From: an uncultured Candidatus Saccharibacteria bacterium
GTDB lineage: Bacteria > Patescibacteriota > Minisyncoccia > Phycocordibacterales > UBA9973
Direction of reading: 5' to 3'
Assembly: GCA_964348725.1 (NCBI GenBank)
Contig: CAYGDG010000006.1
Location: forward strand, 1 to 58,851
DNA: 58,851 nt
Below the pieces are notes generated by a model that did not search any database, was not told the DNA's origin, and was given only the letters and a program-made list of their open reading frames with translations. The position numbers and the translations under genes are program-made. Shown one piece after another: positions 17,405 to 27,551 of this stretch (position 1 is the stretch's first letter; the number at the start of each line of letters is the position of its first letter).

Positions 17405-18085
17405 ATGATTTATTTCAACAATGTTTCAAAAGTCTATAATAAGAATTCAGTCGCCCTCGACCATGTGAATCTTACCGTTACGGCAGGGGAGTTTGTATCC
17501 ATCGTAGGTCACTCCGGTGCCGGCAAGACGACACTCGTAAAGATGATCTTGGCCGAAGAGAAGCCGAGCGAAGGCACCGTGTATTTCGAATCCGTCGATA
17601 TTCACAAATTGAACGGGCGTGAGCTCACCCGCCTTCGCCGCCGCATCGGGGCCGTCTTCCAGGATTTCAAATTGCTCTCGAATAAAACCGCCTATGAAAA
17701 TATCGCTTTTGCCATGGAAGCCCAGGGTAAGACCGATGAGGAAATAGCGTCTGACGTGCCGCATGTCCTCGAGCTCGTAGACCTCGGCAGCCGAATGATG
17801 CATTTTCCAAGCCAGCTTTCTGGCGGGGAACAGCAGCGCCTCGCCATCGCGCGCGCCATCATCAATCAGCCCGAACTCATCATCGCGGACGAGCCTACCG
17901 GGAACCTCGACCCCATCAATACCCACGAAGTCATCCAGATATTAAAGAAAATAAACGACCTTGGCACCACTGTCATCCTCACCACGCATAACCGCGGCGT
18001 CATCGAATCCATCGGCAAGCGCGTCATTACCATGGAAAAAGGCAAGGTCGTCAGGGATGATAAGGATGGGAAGTATATGATATAA
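17405..18085 (+). CDS. ftsE: cell division ATP-binding protein FtsE
   Basis: GHSGAGKTT, VFQDFKLL, LSGGEQQR, ADEPTGNLDP; start moved to ATG 17405. Confidence 0.95.
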   Translation: MIYFNNVSKVYNKNSVALDHVNLTVTAGEFVSIVGHSGAGKTTLVKMILAEEKPSEGTVYFESVDIHKLNGRELTRLRRRIGAVFQDFKLLSNKTAYENIAFAMEAQGKTDEEIASDVPHVLELVDLGSRMMHFPSQLSGGEQQRLAIARAIINQPELIIADEPTGNLDPINTHEVIQILKKINDLGTTVILTTHNRGVIESIGKRVITMEKGKVVRDDKDGKYMI

Positions 18086-18096
18086 TAAATAGATAT

Positions 18097-19014
18097 ATGA
18101 CCGGATTTAGAAGAATCATGAAAAGCGGCTGGGTGAACTTCTTGCGCAATGGCTTAGTCTCTTGGGCGGCCGTGCTCGTCGTCTCTATCACGCTTTCCGT
18201 CATCGCTTCACTCATCTTCCTCCAGGCTGTCCTCCATTTCTCACTCGACCAGATCAAGGATAAAGTGGACGTCACTATTTACTTCAACACCGGCGCACCG
18301 GAAGAAAAGATCCTTGGCTTTAAGACCTCACTCGAAAAATTACCGGAAGTCGCTTCCGTGTCTTATACCAGCGCGGCTGAAGCTTTGCGCTTATTCCGTG
18401 AACGCCATGCGAATGACTATCCTACCATTCAGGCTCTCGATGAAATAAATGACAATCCGCTTGGCGCATATTTAAATGTGAAAGCCAAAGAAGTTTCCCA
18501 GTATGAAAGCATCGCCAAATTCATGGAGTCCGACAATGCCCTCGCGCTCGGTTCGGCTTCCATCATTTCCAATGTGAACTATCACCAGAACAAGCTCGTC
18601 ATTGATCGCTTGAACAACATCATCTCCGGCGCACAGAAGCTCGGCTTTGTCATCACTATCATTCTGATCGCCATTTCCATCATCATCACTTTCAATACAA
18701 TTCGCCTCACGATATTCATTTCCAAAGAAGAGATCGGCGTCATGCGCCTCGTCGGCGCTTCAAAGACGCGCACTCGCGGGCCGTTCCTTGTGGAAGGCGC
18801 GGTATATGGCACGATTGCCACCATCGTCACCTTATTGCTCCTCTGGCCTGCTACTGCCTGGCTCGGCCACAATATGACTGATTTCCTCGGCCTTAACCTG
18901 TATGATTATTACCTGACTAATTTCCTGCAGATTGTCGTCATCGTCCTGTGTTCCGGCGTGCTGCTCGGCATCATTTCATCATCATTAGCTATCCGTAAAT
19001 ATTTGAATAAATAA
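18097..19014 (+). CDS. ftsX: cell division permease FtsX
   Basis: NPL, FNTIRL, EEIGVMRLVGAS, PFLVEG; follows ftsE. Confidence 0.93.
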   Translation: MTGFRRIMKSGWVNFLRNGLVSWAAVLVVSITLSVIASLIFLQAVLHFSLDQIKDKVDVTIYFNTGAPEEKILGFKTSLEKLPEVASVSYTSAAEALRLFRERHANDYPTIQALDEINDNPLGAYLNVKAKEVSQYESIAKFMESDNALALGSASIISNVNYHQNKLVIDRLNNIISGAQKLGFVITIILIAISIIITFNTIRLTIFISKEEIGVMRLVGASKTRTRGPFLVEGAVYGTIATIVTLLLLWPATAWLGHNMTDFLGLNLYDYYLTNFLQIVVIVLCSGVLLGIISSSLAIRKYLNK

Positions 19015-19018
19015 CCTG

Positions 19019-19087
19019 TCCCGTACTAAATTTTTGATGAAGAAAAATGACCATTATAAATAAAAACTTAAAATTTTAGTACTGGGA
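19019..19087. repeat. short inverted-repeat (MITE-like) element between ftsX and pyrG
   Basis: TCCCGTACTAAATTTT (19019-19034) vs AAAATTTTAGTACTGGGA (19070-19087). Confidence 0.55.
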
Positions 19088-20751
19088 TGCCCAAAAGAGA
19101 GCACACAAAAGATAATGCAAAGTATGTTTTCGTGGTAGGTGGCGTCATTTCCGGAGTCGGAAAGGGCATTACTGCCAGCTCTCTCGGCCTCATCTTGAAG
19201 AACCGCGGACTGAAAGTCACCGCCATAAAAATAGACCCGTACATCAATGTCGATGCGGGTACCATGAACCCCACCGAGCACGGCGAGGTTTTTGTTTTGG
19301 GCGATGGGGACGAGACTGACCAGGATATGGGCAATTACGAACGCTTCCTTGGTGCTGATCTCACTCGCGTGAATTACATGACCACTGGCCGCGTGTATCA
19401 GACTGTCATCGAGAAGGAGCGCAATCTCGAATACAAGGGCAAGTGCGTGGAAGTCGTACCGCACATACCGCTCGAAGTCATCCGCCGCATCAAGGAAGCT
19501 GGCCGGAATGCCAAGGCGGATGTCGTCGTCATCGAAGTCGGCGGCACCATCGGCGAATACCAGAACATGCTTTTCCTCGAAGCTGCCCGCATGATGAAGA
19601 TAGAAGCCCCGAAGGACGTCGTATTCGTCATGGTGTCATATTTGCCCGTGCCTTCCAAAGTCGGCGAGATGAAGACCAAGCCCACTCAGCATGCCGTACG
19701 CGTGTTGAATGGTTCCGGCATCCAGCCGGATATCTTGATCGCCCGTGCGGAGACGGCTCTCGATGAAAAGCGCAAGGAAAAGATCTCCATGTTTTGCAAT
19801 ATTCCGGCCGGCCGGGTCGTCTCCGCTCCGGACGTCGAATCCATTTATGACATTCCCGTCAATTTTGAAAAAGAAAAACTTTCCGAAAAGCTGTGCGATA
19901 TTCTCGGCGTCGTCTGTAAGAAGCCGGATGTCAAAGCCTGGAGCGCTTGGAAAAGTTTCGTGAAGAAAGCGCACAATGGCAAGGAGCAGGTCCGCATCGC
20001 GGTCATCGGCAAATATTTTGAGACGGGGGACTATGTCCTTTCCGATTCCTATCTCTCCGTCATCGAAGCCATCAAGTATTCCGCCTACGCGCAAAGCAGG
20101 AAGCCCGTGCTTACCTGGATGAATGCCGTTGATTTTGAAAATAACCCGGCCAAATTAAAAGAGCTGAAGAAATATGACGGCATCCTCGTGCCCGGCGGCT
20201 TCGGCAGCCGCGGCGTAGAAGGGAAGCTCAAAGCTATCAAGTTCGCTCGCGAAAATAAAATACCATATTTTGGATTATGTTACGGTATGCAAATGCTGGT
20301 CATAGAATACGCGCGCAATGTCCTCGGCCTGAAGGATGCGAATACCCGCGAAGTAAATCCGAGCGCCAAGAATATCGTCATCGATGTCATGGAAAGCCAG
20401 AAAGAACATCTTCGCAAGAATTCATACGGCGGCTCCATGCGCCTCGGCGCGTACAAAGCGGCGCTCGCGAAAGGCACGCTCGCTCGCGCCGCTTACGGCG
20501 CCTCCGAAGTCATCGAGCGCCACCGGCACCGCTATGAAGTGAACAATGACTTCGTCCCTGCTCTCGAAAAAGCCGGCCTCGTTTTCTCCGGTAAGAGCCC
20601 GAATGGCAACCTTATGGAAATAGCCGAATTGCCACAGTCCAAGCACCCATTCTTCCTCGCCACGCAGTTCCACCCCGAATTCCTCGCCCGCCCGCTTTCC
20701 CCGCATCCGCTCTTTACCGCATTCATCAAAGCTTGTGCTAGGAAGAAATAA
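19087..20751 (+). CDS. pyrG: CTP synthase
   Basis: GGVISGVGKG, KIDPYINVDAGTMNP, KTKPTQ, GLCYGMQ, RHRHRYE, QFHPE. Confidence 0.97.
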   Translation: MPKREHTKDNAKYVFVVGGVISGVGKGITASSLGLILKNRGLKVTAIKIDPYINVDAGTMNPTEHGEVFVLGDGDETDQDMGNYERFLGADLTRVNYMTTGRVYQTVIEKERNLEYKGKCVEVVPHIPLEVIRRIKEAGRNAKADVVVIEVGGTIGEYQNMLFLEAARMMKIEAPKDVVFVMVSYLPVPSKVGEMKTKPTQHAVRVLNGSGIQPDILIARAETALDEKRKEKISMFCNIPAGRVVSAPDVESIYDIPVNFEKEKLSEKLCDILGVVCKKPDVKAWSAWKSFVKKAHNGKEQVRIAVIGKYFETGDYVLSDSYLSVIEAIKYSAYAQSRKPVLTWMNAVDFENNPAKLKELKKYDGILVPGGFGSRGVEGKLKAIKFARENKIPYFGLCYGMQMLVIEYARNVLGLKDANTREVNPSAKNIVIDVMESQKEHLRKNSYGGSMRLGAYKAALAKGTLARAAYGASEVIERHRHRYEVNNDFVPALEKAGLVFSGKSPNGNLMEIAELPQSKHPFFLATQFHPEFLARPLSPHPLFTAFIKACARKK

Positions 20752-21603
20752 ATGACAATTTTCCTTAGCTATATATTCTACTTCATCGTTGCGAGCGCTT
20801 CTCCACTCCAGAGGCGGTGGCTCGCAAAAACAAAAAATGCCGAGAATACTGGCCAAATTCACTTTGCTTTCCAAATGAGCTTGGTGATTGTTTTTCTCAC
20901 ACTTTTTATTCCTTTTTTTGAACCGCTTTATTTTTCAGGAAATCCATACTATCTGATCTTACTTTCTCTTGTATGTGGAGTATTCGGTGCGGGTGTGTAT
21001 ATCACATCATTCATCGCTCAAAAGCATGTGGAAGCCGGTGTGTCTTCGTTGGTCATGAATATCTACACCCCGATTACTATAATTCTCTCAACCATTCTTT
21101 TGCATGAAGGGCTCACAATACTCCAAGGGGCCGGTACAGTCTTGCTGTTGGTGGGTATGATAGTAGTCTCCAAAAAGCATCATATCGGCAGATTTCGTTT
21201 TGACAAGTATTTTCTCCTTTTACTTTCTTCTGGTACACTGCTCGCCGTACTCTTGGTTGCGGAAAGAGCACTTGTAAAAATGACCGGCTTTTCCGGATCC
21301 ATATTTTTAAGCTGGTGGAGCACTTGCTTGTTTTTAGGTCTTGCCACACTAATTACTAGAAACAAGAGTGAATATTCAAAGAAAGATATTGCTATCACAG
21401 GAACACTTAAATTTCTGCAAAATCTGTCCTGGGTCCTATTAGTTTATCTGGTCGGTAATTTGAGTCTCGTTTCAGCTATCACTACATTCAAGGTGGTGCT
21501 CATGTTCGTGGCCGGCGCTCTCTTACTGAATGAAAAACAAGATTTACCAAGAAAAATAATTGGAAGCCTGATCGCCCTTGCCGGGCTTCTGCTCATGAAA
21601 TAG
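20752..21603 (+). CDS. DMT/EamA family transporter
   Basis: About 10 TM helices in two repeats ending LLHE.. and LLNEK.. Confidence 0.8.
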   Translation: MTIFLSYIFYFIVASASPLQRRWLAKTKNAENTGQIHFAFQMSLVIVFLTLFIPFFEPLYFSGNPYYLILLSLVCGVFGAGVYITSFIAQKHVEAGVSSLVMNIYTPITIILSTILLHEGLTILQGAGTVLLLVGMIVVSKKHHIGRFRFDKYFLLLLSSGTLLAVLLVAERALVKMTGFSGSIFLSWWSTCLFLGLATLITRNKSEYSKKDIAITGTLKFLQNLSWVLLVYLVGNLSLVSAITTFKVVLMFVAGALLLNEKQDLPRKIIGSLIALAGLLLMK

Positions 21604-21758
21604 TGGTTTTCTCTATTCCCTTATTCGTACGAATAGGTAAATAAAAGTTTTTAATAAAATATCGTGCGCGTCCGGTAATACCCGCTATGTTTTTTCTGTT
21701 ATCTATTTACAATATCCTAAAATATGTTAATATTTTTTTAAACTAAATTCTTAAAAAA

Positions 21759-23576
21759 ATGAATAAAAGAAAAAGACCGTCATTCTATGGAATTACCGTA
21801 GATGATTACCACTCCAGGGACCTGGACGATGGATTTTGGATAGAAAATACCCAAGAATCTCACATTATTCTTCGGGTATTTGTGTCTAATGTCTCGTCAC
21901 GAGTACACCCTTCCGCCCCGAACAAACATCTCTATGAGATGGCTCATTCGCGGGTCGAAACCGAATATTATTGGAAAAGTATCACACCGATGCTCCCATT
22001 CTCGATATCTGAAAACTCATCGAGTTTGGTTCCAAATGAAAAACGGCAAGCAATCTGCTTCGAGTTCCACATTACAAAAGCCGGTTTCGAAATTATACAC
22101 TTCTCATTTTTCGAGTGCATCTTTACAAGCATTCGCAAAATGAACTACACTGAAGTGCATAATTTTTTAACCGGGCAGCCCATAGAACTTCCGGAAAATA
22201 TCCAGCAAGTGATATCGGTCGCATCGTCCCTCTCCAGCGCATTCATGAGTAGGCGCCGGGACAGGGGAGCGCTCGTCGTCTATGACACTTTTCACAGTTT
22301 TACGGTGAACGAAGAAGGTCGCCTCGTATCGATCCCGAAGGACAGGCATCAAGGGTATATCCTGATTCAAGAACTGATGATACTCGTGAATTCCCAAGTA
22401 GCCGATTTTGCGGTGAAGCGGAATATTCCGGTTATTTTTCGGGTCCATCAGGCGCGCAATGAACATTTTTCCAAAGAAGATGTCTTGCGCGAATATTCCT
22501 TGCTGCAGCTCAATCGCGATCCGGCTACGTTCCAGATGCTTCAATACAGGCTGGATCACATACTTCAGCCCGCGGTGTATCAGCCCAAGCACGGGGAACA
22601 TTGGGGACTTTCCTTGCCCTGGTATCTGCATGCCACATCGCCCATCCGGCGGTTTGCCGATCTGGTGAATCAGGTGAATCTGGTGGCTTTCACTCGCGAG
22701 CAGGAATATCCGTTCTCGTATGAGGAGCTCGGGAATGTGTCGACGCATATAAACGACACCATCCTAGCTCACAAAGAGCGAAGGAAGGAGCGCGCAAAAG
22801 CCGCGGCGATCGAGAGCTTGCCGGAAGATATGACTAAAGAGTGGCTTTCCGATCTTACTACTTCTGACTTCACGAGAAATTTAAAGCTTGTGTGCAAGAG
22901 TGAAGGAGCACTGAAGCCGGTATTCGTGGAAGAAATCTTGAGGAGAATCGAGCAGGATATCTTGCAGCCTCTGGATTATTGCTTCATTTTATTCAATGAA
23001 AGGATGAAGCAGTATGAGGGACTCAAGAATGCAGTACTTGAATTGTTTTTCAAGAATCCGGTCAAGATAAAGCCGATATGTCATGTGTATTGTCAGCGGA
23101 ATTCGCTGATGATGCCCGCTTTAGAAAGCAAGAAGCTGGGAGAAATGTTTGTCTCGAAACTCACCTTTACTTTCCAAGGCATTGAATACTCCGCGATATC
23201 GCCTACTGCATCTTCCAAGAAGACTGCTTCGGAAAATGCTTATTTGCTTCTCTTTTGCAAGATGTTTGGCCGAGAAGACTTGAAACCGTTCAAAGCGGGC
23301 GAAGTGTTTGCTGTTAAAGGAAAAACGCCTGACTTCGCTCTTCTGGAAGCATCCAATGATAACTTCATTCAGACGCTTCAGGAATCGGCACAAAAGGCGC
23401 AGGTTGCATTCCCGTTCTATAAGTTCACGAATATATCGGGCGGTTTTAACTGCAAAGTGTCTCTCAGCGTCAAAGGAAAGCAGTATGCAAGTACAGGCAG
23501 TGGCCTGAACAAGAAAATTGCGAAACATACCGCTGCCAAAATGCTGTATGAACAATTGAGCAGCATAAGTCAGTAG
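21759..23576 (+). CDS. RNB-domain (RNase II/R family) exoribonuclease with two C-terminal dsRBD-like domains
   Basis: TVDDYHSRDLDDG, IQELMILVN, FRVH, HWGL, HATSPIRRFADL; SSKKTASENA and LQESAQK...GLNKKIAKHTAA. Confidence 0.85.
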   Translation: MNKRKRPSFYGITVDDYHSRDLDDGFWIENTQESHIILRVFVSNVSSRVHPSAPNKHLYEMAHSRVETEYYWKSITPMLPFSISENSSSLVPNEKRQAICFEFHITKAGFEIIHFSFFECIFTSIRKMNYTEVHNFLTGQPIELPENIQQVISVASSLSSAFMSRRRDRGALVVYDTFHSFTVNEEGRLVSIPKDRHQGYILIQELMILVNSQVADFAVKRNIPVIFRVHQARNEHFSKEDVLREYSLLQLNRDPATFQMLQYRLDHILQPAVYQPKHGEHWGLSLPWYLHATSPIRRFADLVNQVNLVAFTREQEYPFSYEELGNVSTHINDTILAHKERRKERAKAAAIESLPEDMTKEWLSDLTTSDFTRNLKLVCKSEGALKPVFVEEILRRIEQDILQPLDYCFILFNERMKQYEGLKNAVLELFFKNPVKIKPICHVYCQRNSLMMPALESKKLGEMFVSKLTFTFQGIEYSAISPTASSKKTASENAYLLLFCKMFGREDLKPFKAGEVFAVKGKTPDFALLEASNDNFIQTLQESAQKAQVAFPFYKFTNISGGFNCKVSLSVKGKQYASTGSGLNKKIAKHTAAKMLYEQLSSISQ

Positions 23577-23589
23577 AATAAAAGTAACG

Positions 23590-23617
23590 AAATCCCGCTT
23601 TACGAGCGGGATTTTTT
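23590..23617. terminator. bidirectional terminator between convergent genes
   Basis: AAATCCCGCT-TTACG-AGCGGGATTT plus U-tract. Confidence 0.7.
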
Positions 23618-24502
23618 ATTGAACACCATTATTCCCGCGCCGTTTTTGAGAGTGAGCACCAGGTTGCCGGAGGCATCTATGGAATAGCGATTTGATTGAG
23701 AAACTGCACTGCTGAACACCGCTTCCTGCGAGCCTTCGCAGAACATCAGCGTGCTCATGAACGGCCCAAAGCTTATCACCCCATCGCTGCCTGTGGCATA
23801 TGTTCCGCCGAAGCCGTTACAATCCGTCTTTCCGGAGATGCTGCCATCTGCCGCGAATGTAACACTGAAAACACCCACTTTCTTCGGAGTAATTACCGAG
23901 CCATTGGCCATGGTTGTCTTCTGCCATACCCAGGTGTGCGCTTGGATGTCTTTCGGATTTGTTGCCGGTGCGCTGCTGGCCGGTAGCTTGCCTTGCGGGG
24001 CGGTGCTTGCTGAATCAGCACAATTTTCCTGCCGAGTAAATACTGACAGCGGGGAAGAAGCATCAAAATTTATATTATTCACATCAGTGAATCGCGTGCC
24101 CGTGGCGGCGTCCACGTCGCCATATCCGCGCACGAAGTCATCACCCATTTTCTTGAAGATCACCTGCATCACCGAATCCGTGCCTTCCGAGCGGAAAGCA
24201 TAATCGGCGAGCAAAATGCTGTCTTTGTATGTTCCTGAAAAAGTGCCGCTGGAGCTGTCCTTCTCAAAATTCTTGAAAGCCAGCGTACCCGACACATTTT
24301 CGCCCTGCTGTGAAGCGATGTCCAAAGTGTATACATCTTTATTGTAATTCACTGCATAACAGCCCATGATGGAGTCCTCTGCGACTATCGGCGCCTGCTC
24401 CTCTATTGGCATCGGCACTTTCGGAGTCTTATAAAAATAGATAATACCGCCAATTATAATAAGAAAACCCGCCCCAATGAGTATTTTGCCGAAGTTTGTC
24501 AT
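23600..24502 (-). CDS. membrane-anchored META domain protein
   Basis: SGKTDCNGFGGTY, STLMFC in C-terminal domain. Confidence 0.82.
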   Translation of the reverse strand: MTNFGKILIGAGFLIIIGGIIYFYKTPKVPMPIEEQAPIVAEDSIMGCYAVNYNKDVYTLDIASQQGENVSGTLAFKNFEKDSSSGTFSGTYKDSILLADYAFRSEGTDSVMQVIFKKMGDDFVRGYGDVDAATGTRFTDVNNINFDASSPLSVFTRQENCADSASTAPQGKLPASSAPATNPKDIQAHTWVWQKTTMANGSVITPKKVGVFSVTFAADGSISGKTDCNGFGGTYATGSDGVISFGPFMSTLMFCEGSQEAVFSSAVSQSNRYSIDASGNLVLTLKNGAGIMVFNKKSRS

Positions 24503-24533
24503 AGAGTAATTATAACATACTCTTCGCGTACGC

Positions 24534-25025
24534 TTATTTTTTCTGCAAAGAAATCACTATCTCGTCTTTGTCGTGCATGACCGTATTTTCATAAGTATCT
24601 ACCTGTGCGCCATTTACCGTCACGAGTATTTCCGTACTTTCACTGACAGTATTCTCTAATAGTTTCGTGGCAGAAAAATCTTTATCCCAGACGGCAAAGA
24701 AATCACCCAAGGTGAAATCTTTCTGCACTGGCGCCTCCACATGCAATTTCGGCCAATCCTTGTGCGTGTGGATAGAATACATGCAGTCTGGTCGTATGCC
24801 GGTTTCATTCGGTACTTTTATTTCTTCACCATCCACAAAAATATGCAATTCCGGGTGAATATGGAATTCAGTCGCCATATCCGTAGTACACGTCAGCGCC
24901 ACTTCGCGGCTTGTTTTCGTGCTGATATCCACCGGAGGTTCTTTGTGACGCGTCTTATCCCAAATAAAAAGCGCTGTTGTAATGAGAACTATGATACTGA
25001 TGTATATCCAAGTTTTGTTTTTCAT
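24534..25025 (-). CDS. membrane-anchored hypothetical protein, probable metal-binding
   Basis: FHIHP, CMYSIHTH, LHVE, FTLGDFFAVW. Confidence 0.75.
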   Translation of the reverse strand: MKNKTWIYISIIVLITTALFIWDKTRHKEPPVDISTKTSREVALTCTTDMATEFHIHPELHIFVDGEEIKVPNETGIRPDCMYSIHTHKDWPKLHVEAPVQKDFTLGDFFAVWDKDFSATKLLENTVSESTEILVTVNGAQVDTYENTVMHDKDEIVISLQKK

Positions 25026-25033
25026 ATATAAAT

Positions 25034-25642
25034 TTATTTTTCTTTATTTAATAACATCCATTCGGCATTCAATTTCTCCATCCTTTGCACTAAGATAGGA
25101 TGAGTGATGCTTTTCTGGGCATAATCAAAAAATTCCTTAAATAAAGGCATACCCTGAACTTTCTCATATTCCAGTGATTTTTCAACTGCTTGGTATTTAT
25201 CCAGCTGTCGGCCGAATACTGCCGCTTTATCATCCGCAGTCTCAAATCGCAGCCAGAGTGCAAATATTTTTTTACCTTGCTCACCCAGCTTGCTGCAAAT
25301 GGCTGCCATCACTTCCTGTTCCTTTTCGAATTTAACCGCCTTTAGTTTTTTTCTTATTTCTTCATCATAATTTATTATCACTTCATCGCCATGTATCGCT
25401 TCCGGCCAATCATGAACTTCCAGCATGTCCAAAAGCTCATCTTTTTCTTCGGCAGACAAACCTTCTAAAGAGTGGGCCAAATTGCGTAGGGAAATGATAT
25501 GCTCCTGCACTGTTTCCGGATTTTTCACTTTTCTGTTGACCCAACCGGTGCGCTCCAATTCACCCAAGGCTTTCCACACATCAGGGGCTAAATGAGCAAA
25601 TGCCAGTTCAGGGACTTTTTCTTTTGGTACATAGCTTTCCAT
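25034..25642 (-). CDS. HD domain phosphohydrolase (YfbR/HDDC2-like)
   Basis: RTGW, ETVQEH, VHDWPEAIHGD, QLDK. Confidence 0.85.
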   Translation of the reverse strand: MESYVPKEKVPELAFAHLAPDVWKALGELERTGWVNRKVKNPETVQEHIISLRNLAHSLEGLSAEEKDELLDMLEVHDWPEAIHGDEVIINYDEEIRKKLKAVKFEKEQEVMAAICSKLGEQGKKIFALWLRFETADDKAAVFGRQLDKYQAVEKSLEYEKVQGMPLFKEFFDYAQKSITHPILVQRMEKLNAEWMLLNKEK

Positions 25643-25667
25643 TACCGGTTATCTTACCACTTTTTTA

Positions 25668-26114
25668 CTATTTAAGAAAATCAAAAGATTTGACCAAACG
25701 AGCCACATGTTCATGCTCATTTTTCCATGAATCCCACACTGCCATCGCCCAAGTTTTTATCATCATATCGCGCGCCTCGCCCGGCTCGGCGCGCAAGACA
25801 TCGCTCACATTCAAATCCGCCTTTCTTTCAGCAGCAGGGAAGATAGGCCAGTCCTTCGTCCGATTTGCCAGCATCATATGCGCCTGCTGCACTTCTCGCC
25901 CAGTATAATTCCGCTCCGTCAGCAAGTACAATCCGATCAAAGCAAAAGCCGTCGTGATCGGCTTTGTATTTTCCGTCGCATGCTGCGCAGCATACGCATC
26001 CACCACATACTGATGCACAAAATTTGTATCCCCGCGTGAGAGGGTATAGAGCGAAAGTTCGTCACGTAAGGTTTTGCAATTTTCGGCACCACAGTGAAGG
26101 CACAGATGAGTCAT
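25668..26114 (-). CDS. DUF5946-like hypothetical protein
   Basis: CLHCG, HQYVVDAYAAQH, ALIGLYL, WAMAVWDSW. Confidence 0.75.
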   Translation of the reverse strand: MTHLCLHCGAENCKTLRDELSLYTLSRGDTNFVHQYVVDAYAAQHATENTKPITTAFALIGLYLLTERNYTGREVQQAHMMLANRTKDWPIFPAAERKADLNVSDVLRAEPGEARDMMIKTWAMAVWDSWKNEHEHVARLVKSFDFLK

Positions 26115-26116
26115 AA

Positions 26117-26662
26117 TTAGTTTTTTATTGCTGTCATAAGCTTCTCGATGCTTTCTTCTATTGTTTTCGAATTACTAAAAAATATGACATTTTTCATGTC
26201 ACTGAAAACTTCTTGATAAATTCCATCAACTTCTTTCAAGTAATCCAGTTCTTCCAACTTTTTTCTCCCGCCCCGTTTATCTAAGCGAGCATCTATTTCA
26301 TTCCATGATTCAGTGTTCAGATAAATTATTTTATCGGGCGAAAGAGGAATCGCAGGTACCCTAAGTTTTTTACCCATAGATACGGTGTGAAATGCGATAG
26401 TGCAATAAATGAACTGGTCTACGATCACATCCGTATTTTTTAATAATTTGGCTATTTCTTTATACGAGATTTTATTTCCTAAAGTATAAAATGCGTAACG
26501 CAAAAAGGCCGGCAAATTTTTATCCACAAAATTCTTATACGGACGCAAAATTTTTGGTAATCCTTTGTAATAAACTCCGCCCATCCTTTCAGCGAAAATT
26601 TTACTCAATGTTGTCTTTCCGCTTCCATCTACTCCTTCAAAAATATATAATGCGTGGCTCAT
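26117..26662 (-). CDS. thymidylate-kinase-like P-loop kinase
   Basis: FEGVDGSGKTT; DQ in place of DR; start placed at ATG 26662 by the upstream -10 element. Confidence 0.8.
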   Translation of the reverse strand: MSHALYIFEGVDGSGKTTLSKIFAERMGGVYYKGLPKILRPYKNFVDKNLPAFLRYAFYTLGNKISYKEIAKLLKNTDVIVDQFIYCTIAFHTVSMGKKLRVPAIPLSPDKIIYLNTESWNEIDARLDKRGGRKKLEELDYLKEVDGIYQEVFSDMKNVIFFSNSKTIEESIEKLMTAIKN

Positions 26663-26753
26663 TGCTCCCATTCTAGCACTTTCTTGCCTGACAATATATT
26701 ACTTGAAAAAAAAGCCCTTTTGAGCTATTCTATACAGGCATTATAGATAGATC

Positions 26754-26824
26754 TGCCAGATCGTCTAATGGTAGGACACCTCCCTCTGGAGGAGGTTATC
26801 TTGGTTCGAGTCCAAGTCTGGCAA
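26754..26824 (+). tRNA. tRNA-Gln(CTG)
   Basis: TGCCAGA/TCTGGCA acceptor, loop CT CTG GA, GGTTCGAGTCC. Confidence 0.93.
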
Positions 26825-26826
26825 CA

Positions 26827-27471
26827 ATGGAATCAAAAATTATTGAATATATAAAAGTAGAGTATGATCCAGAGATAATTTTGCTCGGCGGTTCAAGAGC
26901 TAAGGGCAAGGAAACTGAGAAAAGTGATTGGGATTTATTTCTGCTCGGTTCCAAAAAGGGGAAGGAAGGATTCGTGGAGTTTGAAGGTCAGCGATTAGAT
27001 GTTACGTTTAAGAATTGGCCGGAAGAAGGTAAACCACTAGCTATTCCTTCAGGGCCACTATGGCCACTAAAGATTTTGTTCGATGGTTCCGGATCTCGAT
27101 TGGCAAATATTCTAAATAAAACTGAAGAATATTTTAACCAAGGTCCATTAACTTTATACAGAGAAGCTGTCCTAAGCCGATCCGATAAGCTAGATAGTTG
27201 GAAAAGAAAAATAGAAAAATACGCGAATAGTCCGATAGTTGAATTTTGGTATGCAGGTGTATTTTATGAATTTGCAATACGGAATTGGTTCGAATTGCAA
27301 GACCGATGGTCTTTAGCTCCAGCTGAGGCACTTCCAATTATTCAGGAGGAAGATATAAGTTTCTATAACCTGCTCGCTTCTTTTGTGTCAGCAATTTCAA
27401 TTGAGAGACCAAAATTTACAAGAGATATCTTTAATGCGCTCGAGACGCGTCGATCTGAAGCGCTGAAATAA
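26827..27471 (+). CDS. Pol-beta/MNT-type nucleotidyltransferase domain protein
   Basis: LGGSRAKG...SDWDL plus helical C-terminal domain. Confidence 0.82.
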   Translation: MESKIIEYIKVEYDPEIILLGGSRAKGKETEKSDWDLFLLGSKKGKEGFVEFEGQRLDVTFKNWPEEGKPLAIPSGPLWPLKILFDGSGSRLANILNKTEEYFNQGPLTLYREAVLSRSDKLDSWKRKIEKYANSPIVEFWYAGVFYEFAIRNWFELQDRWSLAPAEALPIIQEEDISFYNLLASFVSAISIERPKFTRDIFNALETRRSEALK

Positions 27472-27551
27472 TTAAACATAACTTTACAGGGTAATGAACC
27501 AAAAGGTTCTAACTCGAGGATGCCAACAGTTTATGAACCTAAGTTAAATTT

